Of a stretch of 64,000 bases of DNA, positions 50,720-63,474 are shown piece after piece. A program made the position numbers and the translations under genes. The DNA is taken from contig CM059446.1 of assembly GCA_030390025.1 (NCBI GenBank), positions 60,760,001 to 60,824,000 of the forward strand, read 5' to 3'. The notes beneath the pieces were generated by a model, which did no database searches, was not told the DNA's origin, and saw only the letters and a program-made list of their open reading frames with translations. Position 1 is the first letter of the stretch; each line of letters starts with the position of its first letter. This DNA is from Squalus acanthias. Lineage: Eukaryota.

Positions 50720-51650
50720 AGTCTATTTACAATCTATATTAATGATTTGGATGTAGGGACTGAGTGTAACGTATCCAAGTTTGCTGATGATACAAAGTTA
50801 GGTGGGAAGGTAATCTGAGGAGGACGCAAAGAAGCTGCAGAGAGATATAGACAGGTTGACTGAGTGGGCAAGAACATGGCAAATGGAATACGATGTGGGG
50901 GAAGTGTGAAGTTATCCACTTTAGGTAGGAAAAACAAAAAAGCAGAATATTTTTGAATGGTGAGAGACTAGGAAATGTTTGCACGCAGAGGGACCTGGGT
51001 GTCCTTGCACATAAATCACAGAAAGTTAACATGCAGGTACAGCAAGCAATTAGGAAAGCAAATGGTATGTTAGCTTTTGTTACAAAGGGACTAGAGTACA
51101 AGAGTAAAGAAGTCTTACTACAATTATACAGGGCATTGGTGAGGAGTACTGTGTACAGTTCTGGTCTCCTTACCTAAGGAAGGGTATACTTACCATAGAG
51201 GGAGTGCAACGAAGGTTCATCGGACTGGTTCCTGGGATGAGGGGGTTGCCTTATGAGGAAATATTGCCCAGACTAGGCCTATATTCCCTAGAGTTTAGAA
51301 GAATGAGAGGTGATCTAATTGAAACATAGAAAATTGACAAGGTTAATGCTGAGAAAATGTTTCCCCTGGCTGGGGAATCTTGAACCAGGGGTCACAGTCT
51401 CAGAATAAGGGGTTGGCCATTTAGGACTGAGATGAGAAATTTCTTCACTCAAATGGTTGTGAATCTTTGGAATTCTGCACTCCAGAGAGCTGTGGCTGCT
51501 CAGTCGTTGAGTATATTCAAGATAAGAGGTCAATAAATTTGTGGGAAGTAAGGGATATGAGGATAGTGCGGGAAGGTGGAGTTGAGGTAAAAGATCGGCC
51601 ATGATCTTGTTGAATGGCAGAGCAGGCTCGAAGGGCCAAATGTTCAGTCG
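50720..51650 (+). mobile_element. Degenerate CR1 LINE RT/3' fragment
   Basis: atctatattaatgatttgg, aagtttgctgatgatacaaag, QRDLGVL, KANGMLAF; several frameshifts; tail gatcggccatgatcttgttgaatggcagagcaggctcgaagggcc. Confidence 0.9.
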
Positions 51651-51904
51651 CTATTATGCCAAATTTGCCTGGTTTACACTGCAGGACAGATTTAGAAACT
51701 GGCGGCAACTTTGGAACAGGTGATGCGGTGGGTGAAAAGCTGCTCATATGTGCTCTTGAGTTACTGAAAAGTGGCATTTGAGGCTTTATTATTCTGGCCA
51801 TAGAGCTTCCCCAGTGTTGGGACAAGGTCTGCACAGAACAACATTGTCATAAATCACAGCATGAATTTTCTCATTGTTGGATATATGAACAATGGGGTAT
51901 CTTG

Positions 51905-53121
51905 GCTCCCAATTGCAGCCTTGTTCCAAACATGGACAAAAGAGCTGAATTCCGAAGGTGAGGCGAGAGTGACTGCCCTTGATATCAAGGCAGCATTTGA
52001 CCAAGTGTGGCATCAAGGAGCCCTAGTAAAATTGAACTCTCCACTGGCTGGAGTCATACCTAGCACAAAGGAAGATGGTTGTGGCTGTTGGAGATCAATC
52101 ATCTAAGGCCCAGGACATCGCTGCAGGAGTTCCTCAGGGCAGCATCCTAGGCCCAACCATCTTCAGCTGCTTCATCAATGACCTTTCTCACTAAGGTCAG
52201 AAGTGGGGATGTTCGCTGATAATTGCACAGTGTTCAGTGCCATTCGCAACTCCTCAGATAATAAAGCAGTCCATGCCCACATGCAGCAAGACCTGGACGA
52301 CATTCAGGCTTGGGTTGATAAGTAGCAAGTAACATTCGCGCCACACATGTGCCAGGCAATGACTATCTCCAACAAGTGAGAGTCTAACCACCACCCCATG
52401 ACATTCAATGGCATTACCATCGCCGAATCCCCCACCATCAACATCCTGGGGTTTACCATTGACCAGAAGCTTAACTGGACCAGCCACATAAATACTGTGG
52501 CAACAAGAGCAGGTCAGAGGCTAGGTATTCTGCAGCAAGTGTTGCACCTCTTGACTCCCCAAAGCCTTTCCACCATCTACAAGGCACAAGTCAGGAATGT
52601 GATGGAATACTCGCCACTTGCCTGGATGCGTGCAGCTCCAACAACACTCAAGAAGCTCGACACCATCCAGGACAAATCAGCCCGCTTGATTATCACCCCA
52701 TCCACCACCATAAACATTCGCTCCCTCCACCACCGGCGCATTGTGGCTGCAGTGTGTACAATCTACAAGATGCACTGCAGCAACTTGCCACGGCTTCTTT
52801 GGGAGCACCTCCCAAACCCACGACCTCTACCACCTAGAAGGACAAGGGCAGCAGGCGCATGGGAACACCATCACCTGCAGGTTCCCCTCCAAGTTGGACA
52901 CTATCCTGACTTGGAAATATGTCGCTGTTCCTTCATCGTCACTGGGTCAAAAATCCTGAAACTCCCTCCCTCACAGCACTGTGGGAGTACCTTCACGACA
53001 CAGACTGCAACGGTTCAAGAAGGCAGCTCGCCACCACTTTCTCAAGGGCAATTAGGGATGGGCAATAAGTGCTGGCCATGGCAGGGATGCCCACATCCCA
53101 TGAACGAATAAAAAAAAAAAA
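51905..53121 (+). mobile_element. Non-LTR retrotransposon (CR1/L2-group family distinct from the CR1 copies above), 5'-truncated RT plus 3' tail with poly(A)
   Basis: ALDIKAAFDQVWH, GVPQGSILGP, INDL, FADN, INILGFTIDQKLNWTSHI, YKAQVR..MEY; ends cacatcccatgaacgaataaaaaaaaaaaa. Confidence 0.9.
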
Positions 53122-53523
53122 ATTTAATGTTCTAAAGTGTCTGATAAACTATTACAGATCCCATTCGCCGTGTTTTTTTTAGGGCTAATGTGAATAGAGT
53201 GCATTTTTCAAATGGCATGTGATAGAAATGTGGGTCTGTGTTTGTAACTCCTCATTCGGTACATTCCCTGTGATATCAGGGCTACATTGAGCAGAGTCAG
53301 GTGCAAAGAGGAAGAAGCAGCCTGCGATACTACTGCGTCACCAGAAGCTCGGGAGCAAGATGCTTGCTGTCCCGTCAGCCAGCAGTGATATAAAGAGGGA
53401 AAGGGGTTTAAGAGAAAGCATTTATCAGAATCTGTTTATTACAGATTTGAAATAGAATAAAGTACATTTTTATATTTGTGCAGAACTTTCAATTGATTGA
53501 AAATATTTAATGTCTGATTACAG

Positions 53524-54710
53524 AAAATGTGGCAGGATTGCTGTTTACTACATCCTTCGATAACCCTGCTTATCCTGATCCTGGACTCGTGCATAGCAGC
53601 AGTTTACGCAAGAGGCACAAGAGTGCTGTGGAGCCTGGCTTGAAAGAACAAATAGTGTGGGGAGGCAGGATCCGCAATCTTAGTGGTGATGCTTTTGCAG
53701 GGCTTATGATGCACAGAAGAAGCATAGACACTGACCCCAGGGAAATTGCAGAAAAACTGGGTGCTGATGCCAAAATACTTTCGACAGCTTTACAAATGGC
53801 CACAAGACCAAACACGTTGGAGATTGGCAAACCCAGGCACATGCGCAAACAGGTCAGCTTAAACCTGGAAAAGGAACTGAGTGACGAAGACACACCATAT
53901 GAATTGGATGAAACATCAACCAACTTAGAGGAGGATAAAACAGACTCTCCTGCCATCTTTGACTTGGAAGATCTGGACAGTGAACCTGATACTGCAAAGT
54001 CTAGTGGGAAACCCAATCAAAATCTGAGGCGAGGGACACAGCCCAAGCAATTGCAAAGGAGTCTGAGTGCAGGAGCAGGGATCAAACTAGCAGAAAGAAG
54101 GGGGGTTCAAAGAGGGTTTGACCCCCTTTCTCTTCTGGTTGCAGAAACCGATCAAGAGAAAGAGGAGGAGGAGGAGGAAGAGGAAGAAGACTACGATAAA
54201 TGTCTCTCCACTCCTTCAGCTCGGCGCAACTTGGCTGAAGAAATAGAGATGTACATGGACTCCATGAGTAGCCCTTTGACTAGCCGCACACCCAGCATGG
54301 ATTTCTCAAAACCAGAGGATGATAGCATAACACCATCCAAAGTCCTACCTGTAGTAAAGGGATCAAGGAGGTCTAGCCTTCCATCAGGCTCACCCAGAGT
54401 AGCAGGACTCTCTCGCTCTAGGACATTTCAACCGCATGCAAAGGGAGAGCTCGGTGTCAAGCGAAGAGACAGGCTCTGGTCCTCGCCATCATATTCTCCA
54501 AGTAACAACAGGAGAGTGGGAGCTCGAGAGACAGGTCGAGCTTTGACCCTCATGTCTCCACCTCCTTTTAAACTGGACTCATTGCTGCCACCCACCCTTG
54601 ATGTGCTAAAACACAGCATGTTCTCTGCCGGGAAGGGAGTGGCAGAAAAGGCGAGCAAGTGGTACACCAAGTTGGCAACATACGCTGTGCCCATCAAAGA
54701 TAATGGCAAG
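53524..54710 (+). CDS. DENND4A: DENND4A large exon (1187 nt; low-complexity region with EKLGADAKIL, GFDPLSLL, poly-E, RRNLAEEIEMYM, SAGKGVAEKASKW), phase 1-0
   Basis: Acceptor attacag| and donor AAG|gtagga at 54711. The ORF-track extension to 55181 is intron read-through into a CR1 tail. Confidence 0.93.
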
Positions 54711-54769
54711 GTAGGACTTTGTGCCTGGGGAACTTTAAAATGGTGCGGGGCATTTAAAACAATTTGGAG

Positions 54770-54900
54770 ATGGTTCCTTGAACAGATTGCAGGGTTATGG
54801 GGCAAGAGCAGGGGTATGGGACTAAATTGGACAGCTCTTTCAAAGAGCCGGCACAGGCACGACTGGCCGAATGGCCTCCTTCTGTGCTGTATGATTCTGA
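54770..54900 (+). mobile_element. CR1 3' tail fragment
   Basis: gcagggttatggggcaagagcagggg...gctctttcaaagagccggcacaggcacgactggccgaatggcctccttctgtgctgtatgattct. Confidence 0.8.
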
Positions 54901-55189
54901 GATGTGCACTGGGGTTTTGCACAAAGCCTGGCACTTACAGTTCTAGTCTCAGGCCACAACATCTCGAAGAGTTTGCCATATGCTGGGTCTCTTTAAACTT
55001 TTTTTTCCCCAATCATTTATTGTGTAAAAATAGTATAATCTTACAAGTTGCTGGCATACTACAGTCTAACAAAGAGTTCAGTATCTTTTACTGTATGCAG
55101 ATAATAAGACTTCTGGTGAGTGCAATGCACAAGAAAATGCATAATCTCTACAAGTTGAAAATGTTTTTTGTTTCAACTTAAATTTTTAG

Positions 55190-55406
55190 GGACATTATTC
55201 AGAGAGAAATAGTATCTCCTCAATTGGAGCACTGGATCCTGATGCATCGTCTTTAGATGAGGAGGTATACGATGACTCGGACAGACTAGCTTCACACCAG
55301 GCCGGCAGCATGCCTGCGAGCGAGACCAGAGGATGGGGCCTGAGACAGGCTAGTATGGACAGTGCTGGAAACCATGATGGGACACCTAGGCAGCAATTAC
55401 AAGTCG
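55190..55406 (+). CDS. DENND4A: DENND4A exon (GHYSERNSISSIGALDPDASSLDEEV...QQLQV), phase 0-1
   Basis: Acceptor tttttag| and donor G|gtaagt; open frame whose phases fit both neighbours. Confidence 0.8.
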
Positions 55407-56026
55407 GTAAGTCACGACTAGGACATTGTGCAAAATGTACGTCTCACAGAATAATGTTTTAGTTGGCATCATCATAACAACGTGTCATGAATTTACATTT
55501 TTATAAACAATACAAATTGTTTCTCCGTGTAATGTAACAAATTGCACCATCTGATATATACTGTAAAATGTTATTTGCCAAGTGTTATGCTAGTCTTTAT
55601 AAAAGCTCGTGGGGCCTATTTTAAATTTTGATTCTCTCCATTTCATAAAAAACAGCAACAATTTCAAATATAAAACTGGCTTGATCCAATTAGGCATTTA
55701 TCAGTGCAATGAAACTCAGGTTTTTATAAGACTACAACACTGAGTGCTGGCTACAGATGCATTAATTGGGATTAGTTTTAACCTGCGTCATCGGGCTGTG
55801 TCTATCAAAAGTACTGGGTTAAAGTGAGAGACGCTAGGATCTACAGACAAGCCCTTCAACAATGATCAGCTGTAAAATGTTGACATTTTTGAAACCTGCT
55901 ATAGTGGGATGCCTCCGAGTTCCCATAAAGGCCTGATAGTCGGAATGCAGCCTCATTCCAAAAAGATGGGATTTGGGTAATTTAGTAAATGCTACTTCTA
56001 ATCTCTCTGATTTGTTTTGTATTCAG

Positions 56027-56133
56027 GCAGTGTTCAGTCAACAAGTTCCAACTTTCCTTTGCCAGACAAATCAGATGTCGGATCTTCTCAATATACAAGC
56101 AGCACCAGTATCTTCCAGAACTATGCCATGGAG
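56027..56133 (+). CDS. DENND4A: DENND4A exon ([35 protein letters not shown]), phase 1-0
   Basis: Acceptor attcag| and donor GAG|gtaaac; IFQNYAME motif. Confidence 0.92.
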
Positions 56134-58108
56134 GTAAACTGAGCTCATCGCAAAGCTGTCTCAATTATCACCAATTCTCTTTAACAACCACAGCTTGAAT
56201 TTATATTGGAAGAATAACTTGCATTTACACAGTGCTTTTAATGCAGTAAAACATCACAAGGTGCTACACAGGAGAGCGGAACTCAATAGTGAAAGATTTC
56301 CTTTTAGGTAGTGAAAGTATGGATAAGGGTCTCGGTGATGACAGGCCTAGGGTGGAGGTGGAATTATGTGGTCTTAATGATGAATGAAGTATAGTTTGAA
56401 GCTCAGCTCAGCATTAACCAGGACACTAAGATTGTGTCTGTTTCAACCTGAGTGGATATTTGGGAAAGGGAATGAATCAGGGGCAAGGATAGTGTGTTTT
56501 TGGCATCTTTAATGTACCAAATTACCCCAGGGTGCTATCCTGACAGAGGGGTAAAGGGAGGAGGGGTAGATAGGCAGCAAGCAGAACTTTGGAGAAGACT
56601 TAGGAGGAGGAGGAGGAGGAGGTTAAAGGTTTGGCCAGAGATCAGTATTGAGGAAGATTTGGCGAGATATAGAAAGGTGGGTAGATTTGGAAAGAGAATC
56701 CCACAGCGCAGACATGTAATGGCTGAAGGCTGTGTCACCGAATGTGGAACTTGAGGGAGGCAGAAAGGAAATAGAAGTATCTGAGTCAGAAGGGTGATAG
56801 ACAAATGGAATATGTTACCAGGGAAAGCAAGAGATAACTCCATGTATCTTATCTGATGGTGCTGAGATCAGAAACACGCTTTGTCAGGAGTCACAGACAC
56901 TAACCCTGAGCCTCAGGACTTTGTGACTAGGTCTGTAAAGCTGCAGAGGAAGGGGAGGGGGTTACAGTTATGAAAGGAGATTTGAGAAATTAGGGCTATC
57001 TTTACTGTTGCTAAACAGGTTAATGAGTGACCTGATAGGGACCTTCAATATAATAAAGGGTTATGATGAGATAAATAGATTGTTTCCACTGGTTGGTGAG
57101 ACAGGATGAAGAGGGCACACATTTCAGGTAATCGGAAAAGAATTGAGATGGAGAATAGAAAAAAAAACTTTACCCTGAGGAAGTTGTCAAAGCAAAGTCC
57201 ATTTTTTAGAAAAGGGAATTAAATAGTTGCTACAAAAAGAGGAATGATAGAGTTTGAGAAGCGAGCAGGAGAGTGGCTCGTGCAGAGAAAATACTGGCAA
57301 AATAGAATGTTTCTGTTCTGTAATGTTTTGTGATTGTGATGTCGACATTCTGTGCCATCAATGTGTGTCAAACAGCGGTGAGATGAATCTGCAGCCGGAT
57401 GAATTGAGTTTTAAAAAGAATGCACACTTAATTCGCGGGATATAGAGGGCTGTGGGTAGAGAGCAGGGCTGTGAAATTAGTTTTGGATTGCTCTAGCAAA
57501 GAGCCGGAACAGACACAATGGGCCAAATGGCCTCCTCCTGGCTCTAAGCTCCAAAAATACTAGGGCTCCAGTTCAGGTGCTTGGCACTGCTGGGCACATA
57601 ACTCCTTTTAATCAGTTTTTCTCTAACCTTCTTTCAGGAGCATATGCTCCTTTATTGTAAAACGTGGTTACAATTTGCAAATAAATGGCTGTTTCAATGT
57701 AGAGAGTGCCATGTCAGTATTTCACATCAGAGCCAGTGTTTGTAGTTTAGCGAATAGAGGAACAGTAAAGAGGAGAAAATACTTTCTGTAATGTAAAATT
57801 CGGATTCAAAAGAGGAGGTAACTGAGAAATAGTAAGTTTTTTTCGATTAGGAGAACATTAATTATTTTTTTACCTAGAATTTCTGTCTGAGGAGCACTTT
57901 GTTCCTTTAACGGAAATTTAACTTTAGGTGGGCAAGTGTGTGATAATTATTGCCGGTAGTTATTGATAACAGGACTAGCATTTCATTTTAGCATTGTTCT
58001 ACTGAACTTCATTCCATGAAATCAGTATTGTTGGGAATTCAACAGCCTTTTTGATTGCTTCTTTGAAACAGAATTAAAGAAAAAGTGCTTATTGTTCATG
58101 TTTCACAG

Positions 58109-58284
58109 ATTCTTATCTCCAGCTGTTCCCGGTGTCGAACTTGTGACTCGCTGGTGTACGACGAGGAAATAATGGCTGGCTGGACAGCAGATGACTCCAA
58201 CCTCAATACGACATGTCCATTCTGTGGCAATTTGTTCCTTCCTTTCCTTGGTATTGAAATCCGAGATCTGCGAGGCCCTGGCAG
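58109..58284 (+). CDS. DENND4A: DENND4A exon ([58 protein letters not shown]), phase 0-2
   Basis: Acceptor tcacag| and donor AG|gtaatt; conserved Cys motif of the DENND4 C-terminal region. Confidence 0.96.
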
Positions 58285-59442
58285 GTAATTTGTTTCCAGA
58301 GCATGGTGATATAAAATGCAAATGAAAGAAGCACATCTCACTATTTCATTTGTTGTATGAATTGTTGGGTAGGTTTGAATATTTTCTGTTTATTCTCTCT
58401 CTCGTTCCTGAGTCCAAGAATCATCTACCCTACTCCCCGTTGCTAGGAAGTAGGACATACCAGGTCACCAGCTTCTGCACGGGCCCCTTCAGTGTCACTC
58501 TGACTGTCGATAAGGGTGCTTGAGCTGTGTGGAAAAGGCAAAGCCCTGGTCCCAGGGTTTCCTAGTTTGGGAGTAATGCAAGGCTCAGTGAAAGAGTTTG
58601 GTTTGCAACCTATACTCAGTAAAAGGTAGCATTTGAATATGTGGGGCACAAATGATATATGGTCTGGATATTTAGATGAAAAAGATCCAATTAAGTAATC
58701 CAATTGATGAGCCTGACTTGTTGCAATGTGCTGTTCAGTTGGAGCTTCTGGTAGGAAACCCTCACTGTTAGCACAATGAGAGACAGTCAGCTTCAGCATA
58801 GGGTTGGCCATGTTTTGCCTTCTACAATCAGGATCTTTTAATGTCCTTCAAGGAAGGAAAGCTGCCATCCTTACCCAGTCTGGTCCACACTACATCTTAA
58901 TGTCCTCTGAAGTAGTTTACCAAGCCACTCAGTTGTACAAACAATCACTTCAAGAAGAAGGGCCACTAGAGATGAGCAATAAGTTATGCCTTGCCAACGT
59001 TCCCCAAATCCCAAGTACAAATAATTTGAAACCACCAGCCTTAAAGCCCTGGGGTACCAATGCCAGTCTGATAGCACAAGGTCAATCCATCACCCAGTGC
59101 AGATGCATATAGTCTTGGACACTTCCAAAAATTACAGACAAATTCACTCGTCTATTTTTGGTATAACCCTCCAGTTCATTTATGATGTAGTGCTTTATTG
59201 TGTTTGGGCGAAAGCTTGTTGTGTGGTAACAGAGTGAATGCTTCAGACCTCTGTGTTATTGTACTATAAGCTCGTGAGTTGAACTGAATGTGACTCCAAC
59301 CAAACTGATCAGTTTTCAGCATTTTCATTTCAGATTTTCTCTTCAAATGTAATTTTACGGACTTGTTAATACTTGTATCTTGTTATTTCCTAGAATGTAA
59401 AGAACAAAAAAAGGTACACTTTAATGTTTTTAATTTATTTAG

Positions 59443-59613
59443 GTATTTTCTGAAATCCAGTGCGTCTGTAGAAAGTATGCAGAGTTTGCAGTCTGTACCA
59501 TCTTGTCCAGGGACTAAGAACTTCATGGTCTCTCCACCTGGTCCGGGTGTGATCGACGTCAGCAAGCCTCAGTCTCCAAGAATTACAGTGCAAGAAGTTC
59601 CAGACATGCAAGG
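59443..59613 (+). CDS. DENND4A: DENND4A exon (YFLKSSASVESMQSLQSVPSCPG...VQEVPDMQ), phase 2-2
   Basis: Acceptor ttatttag| and donor GG|gtaaat; RYFLKSS.S.E motif. Confidence 0.88.
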
Positions 59614-59850
59614 GTAAATGTCACGGGCACGTGCTGAATCAGGGGTCTGGGCAGAGTGTGCCCTCCCACCCTTCAGCCTTGAAGATCGGTGCAGTAGAAA
59701 ACTGGAAATCAAATCTGAGATTCTGCGGAGTAAGTGGGTGGCCATCCGGCAGGGTAGGAAGAGGCGGGCAGTGCAGAAATCCTCCGGGAGTGTGGCACTC
59801 TAAAAACCAGTTTCAGTGCTGAATACCAGTGAGGGTGACGACACCTCGGG

Positions 59851-60557
59851 ATCGCTGCTGCTGATCGCTAGTGACCGGTGATCGCTGCTGCTGATCGCTA
59901 GTGACCAGTGATCGCTGCTCCTGATCGCTAGTGACCGCTGATCGCTGCTCCTGATCGCTAGTGACCGGTGATCGCTGCTGCTGATCGCTAGTGACCGGTG
60001 ATCGCTGCTGCTGATCGCTAGTGACCGGTGATCGCTGCTGCTGATCGCTAGTGACCGGTGATCGCTGCTGCTGATCGCTAGTGACCGGTGATCGCTGCTG
60101 CTGATCGCTAGTGACCGGTGATCGCTGCTGCTGATCGCTAGTGACCGGTGATCGCTGCTGCTGATCGCTAGTGACCGGTGATCGCTGCTGCTGATCGCTA
60201 GTGACCGGTGATCGCTGCTGCTGATCGCTAGTGACCGGTGATCGCTGCTGCTGATCGCTAGTGACCGGTGATCGCTGCTGCTGATCGCTAGTGACCGGTG
60301 ATCGCTGCTGCTGATCGCTAGTGACCGGTGATCGCTGCTGCTGATCGCTAGTGACCGGTGATCGCTGCTGCTGATCGCTAGTGACCGGTGATCGCTGCTG
60401 CTGATCGCTAGTGACCGGTGATCGCTGCTGCTGATCGCTAGTGACCGGTGATCGCTGCTGCTGATCGCTAGTGACCGGTGATCGCTGCTGCTGATCGCTA
60501 GTGACCGGTGATCGCTGCTCCTGATCGCTAGTGACCGGTGATCGCTGCTCCTGATCA
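59851..60557. repeat. 30-bp minisatellite, 23 full units plus a partial one (atcgctgctgctgatcgctagtgaccggtg), embedded in an AmnSINE2-like SINE (~59630-60750)
   Basis: Units 5-22 are identical; variants occur only in units 2-4, 23 and 24. No spacers. Confidence 0.97.
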
Positions 60558-60757
60558 CAAGCGACTGCTGATCGCTGCTTGAAGATGTGGGCAGCTGGTG
60601 ATGGCAGGATCAAACTTGTCTGTGATGCCCCCCCCCCCCATTGGTTGAATAGCCTGCTAACACTCACCGCCAAGGCTCCCACGTGAGGAATGCCCATTTG
60701 GTGAGGTACTGCAGGGCTGCCAGACCTGTGGAACGGTACTGGGGCATGAGTCATGAC

Positions 60758-61010
60758 TGGCACTATTTAGGAAGAGCAGGGGAGTTCCCACCGGTGTCCT
60801 GGGCTAATATTAATCCCTCAACCAACATCACTAAAACAGATGATCTGGTCATTATCTCATTACTATTTGTCTTGCTGTTCACTAATTGGCTGCTGCATTT
60901 CCTACATTACAACAGTGACTACACTTCAGAAGTATATCATTGGCTGTAAAGCGCTTTGGGACGTCCTGAGGTCATGAAAGGCGCTGTAGAAATACAAGGC
61001 TTTTTTTTTC
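60758..61010 (+). mobile_element. Deu-domain SINE (SacSINE1/AmnSINE1-type), 3' half
   Basis: ggcactatttaggaagagcaggggagttc..ggtgtcctgg..tatt.atccctcaaccaacatcactaaaacagatgatctggtcatt; tail cctacattacaacagtgactacacttc...ctgtaaagcgctttgggacgtcctgaggtcatgaaaggcgct. Confidence 0.8.
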
Positions 61011-62341
61011 AGAAACGGGAAGGTTACACAACTTTATTTTGGACCAATCAGAATGTCAGTAATTTCGGGGGTTGGGGGGAATTCATAAACCATGTTAATG
61101 AGGTGAATATCTTTTATAAACATTAAAATAGCTTGAAACAAATGGAGTAATCTTCAGTTCATAGAAGCTTAATTATGGAATAATTGTGGCACTGAAATTC
61201 CAGCTAAAATATATTGCTTCTTTTTAATGATGGTTCTTTTGGATTTTCTCTCCTTTGTACCCTACCCTGACTGGGTGGGGATATCTTTTAGACCTCTGCC
61301 AATGTCTTATAGTTGACTACTAGGAGGGGAACAATAGCAACTCAGAGTACTTTGGCTGGCCAGTTTGCTTCCATACTGTCGCCCTTTATTATGCTGAAGC
61401 GTGCCCCGCTCAACATTGAAAACTCGTTGTATCAGGAGCCACTTGTGCAAGCGATGCCTTGCCAGCCCGGTGTACCAGGTTGAATTTTGTTGCCTCAGGG
61501 ACACTCGTAATGGTTTGATTTTTTTAATTTCCTGTCGCCTTCTACTCTTGGAGTCATTCACTTTATTTAAATCTACCTAACTTTACACCTGTGTTTCAGG
61601 CTCATATTTTTAAATATTACAGCCAGAATCTGAGCGGTTTTACAGACGTCTTGCGGTCAGAGCATCCACAGCCGTCTGTGTGTTGCGTATTTTGCCTGCC
61701 CATAGATTAATAATGACTCTGTGCTGGCTCAGTACTGGGAAGAACTCGGGGATTGCAGCCTAATTACACTCTGTTTACTTTGATGTGAACTTGTCAGTAC
61801 CTGCGAGGGGGCCTGGCCCACTGCACCACAGTACCTCTCTGCTTTAAGTAGTGACTGTAGAAAATTAAATATCCTGTGCTTCTTCAAACATGCTACTTTG
61901 CCAGTGCTATCAAACCATGTAATTTGTGCATTCGCAAGGAAAGAATGGAAAATTCTGTTGCACAATTACTCATGTTACGTGATGTCGTGTCACAGATAAA
62001 TAAGTGAGACAGAATGGTGCTTTCTGTTGCAAATGCGATGATTCAGCATGGAAAAACTTACCCAAGAACATTAAGCAGTGTATTATAGTAATGCTGAGAG
62101 AATCAGAGGGAAGTAGATATCAGAGGAAACCCAGCAGAAAGTAGATAACATTTGAATGTGTTCTCATGTTCAGGATCAGTACATTTGTATGTGTACTAAC
62201 CTTCAGGATGCGTACACTACCATGAGATGTACAGTGAGAGCAGAACAGCTCAGTTTGGATTCCACTTGGAGAGTGGGAGGAATCCTGTGGCCTAGTTTAT
62301 TTGATGGGGGAAGGGAGAGGTGAAGACTCCAAGCGTGTGGA

Positions 62342-62456
62342 AGAAAGAAAGAACTTGCATTTATATAGCGCCTTTCCCGACCTCAGGACGTCCCAAAGCA
62401 CTTTACAGCCAATGAAGTACTTTTAAAGTGTTATCACTGTTGTAATGTAAGAAACA
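62342..62456 (-). mobile_element. Deu-SINE 3' tail
   Basis: Reverse complement of the 60900-61000 tail, ending in (TTTC)n. Confidence 0.8.
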
Positions 62457-62933
62457 TTAAAAGTGGGACATTAAGGTGAGTCCCATCCGGTTTTAAGTGA
62501 TAGAGAAGCAGCCTGGTGCTAGTAATTATTAAACAGAGGATATGGGGCAGTTATTTTAAGGAATGGGTCCTCCCCACATTGAAGGGTGTTGATCTGTTTT
62601 TAATGTGAGCTGACCAAGTACAATCAGTTCCCAGCCAGGTGTTACCAAAAGCAACAGCAGATTTTAGAAGGCTGCGCACTTTTGTAAAATATAGATTTTG
62701 TTGTGACTTTTCTGACTTTATTTAGGTTGAATTACAGAATAAATGATTTAAATCACAAGTGGAATGAAGATTTGCCAATTAATGCTTTTGGAGATCTTTT
62801 GGAAACCTTGATTCCCAATCACATTTGTCCAGATGTGTTTACGCATTCATCAGGGTGCAACTAGAATTAAATTTTTATGAGCATTTCATGTGCCAATTTA
62901 TCCTGTTTCTGAAAGTTTATTTCTTATTGCCAG

Positions 62934-63132
62934 AAGTGTCCAGCCTTCATCTGCAAGATGCATTCAGATCCCTTCGGAGAGATGGCATGGGATCAGTGAG
63001 TCCCTGTCCTTGGAGCAGCCGATTGCGAGAAGCATCAGTGGATGTGGCTCTATAGCTGAGGAGCCTGGCACTCGGCGACATGTCCACACTGTTCCAACAG
63101 GCAGCCTACCAACAAAGCTGAATGATTCAACG
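62934..63132 (+). CDS. DENND4A: DENND4A exon (SVQPSSARCIQIPSERW...PIARSISGCG...VPTGSLPTKLNDST), phase 2-0
   Basis: Acceptor ttgccag| and donor ACG|gtatgt; RCIQIP, P.ARSIS and PTGSLP motifs. Confidence 0.9.
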
Positions 63133-63474
63133 GTATGTGGCTGAATGTAAGAGTGAGGAAAAGGTACAGGACCTATGTCATTTCTAAAAGTCTTCGGAGA
63201 TTTAGATAGAAAGCTAACTGTGAAATGACCCAGTTTTATTTTGTCTCTACTTTTCCATCTCTTTGGACTTGTGTATGATTTACCAGCTACATGCATGGTT
63301 CTGGGAATCGAGTGGGTTCAGTGAAGGGGAGGAATGTCTATGGTGATTACTTTTTGTTCAAAGCACTCCATGTGTTTCTGTCACATTACAAACTCGAGAA
63401 GCTCCATGCTGGTCAGAAAATTACCGTTTCAATCAAAATTCTCCTGATATGTTAGTGGGGAATACCTAATACTC

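Noticed and set aside
54711-55181. C-terminal ~155 aa of the 550-aa ORF
   Set aside because: It lies past the AAG|gtagga donor and reads through a CR1 tail; it is intronic.
59800-60763. Minus-strand ORFs of 252 and 316 aa (SSSDHRSLAI and QQQRSPVTSD repeats); also a CRISPR-like look
   Set aside because: They result from a 30-bp unit without stops in two frames. There are no unique spacers and no cas genes, and the context is a eukaryotic intron.
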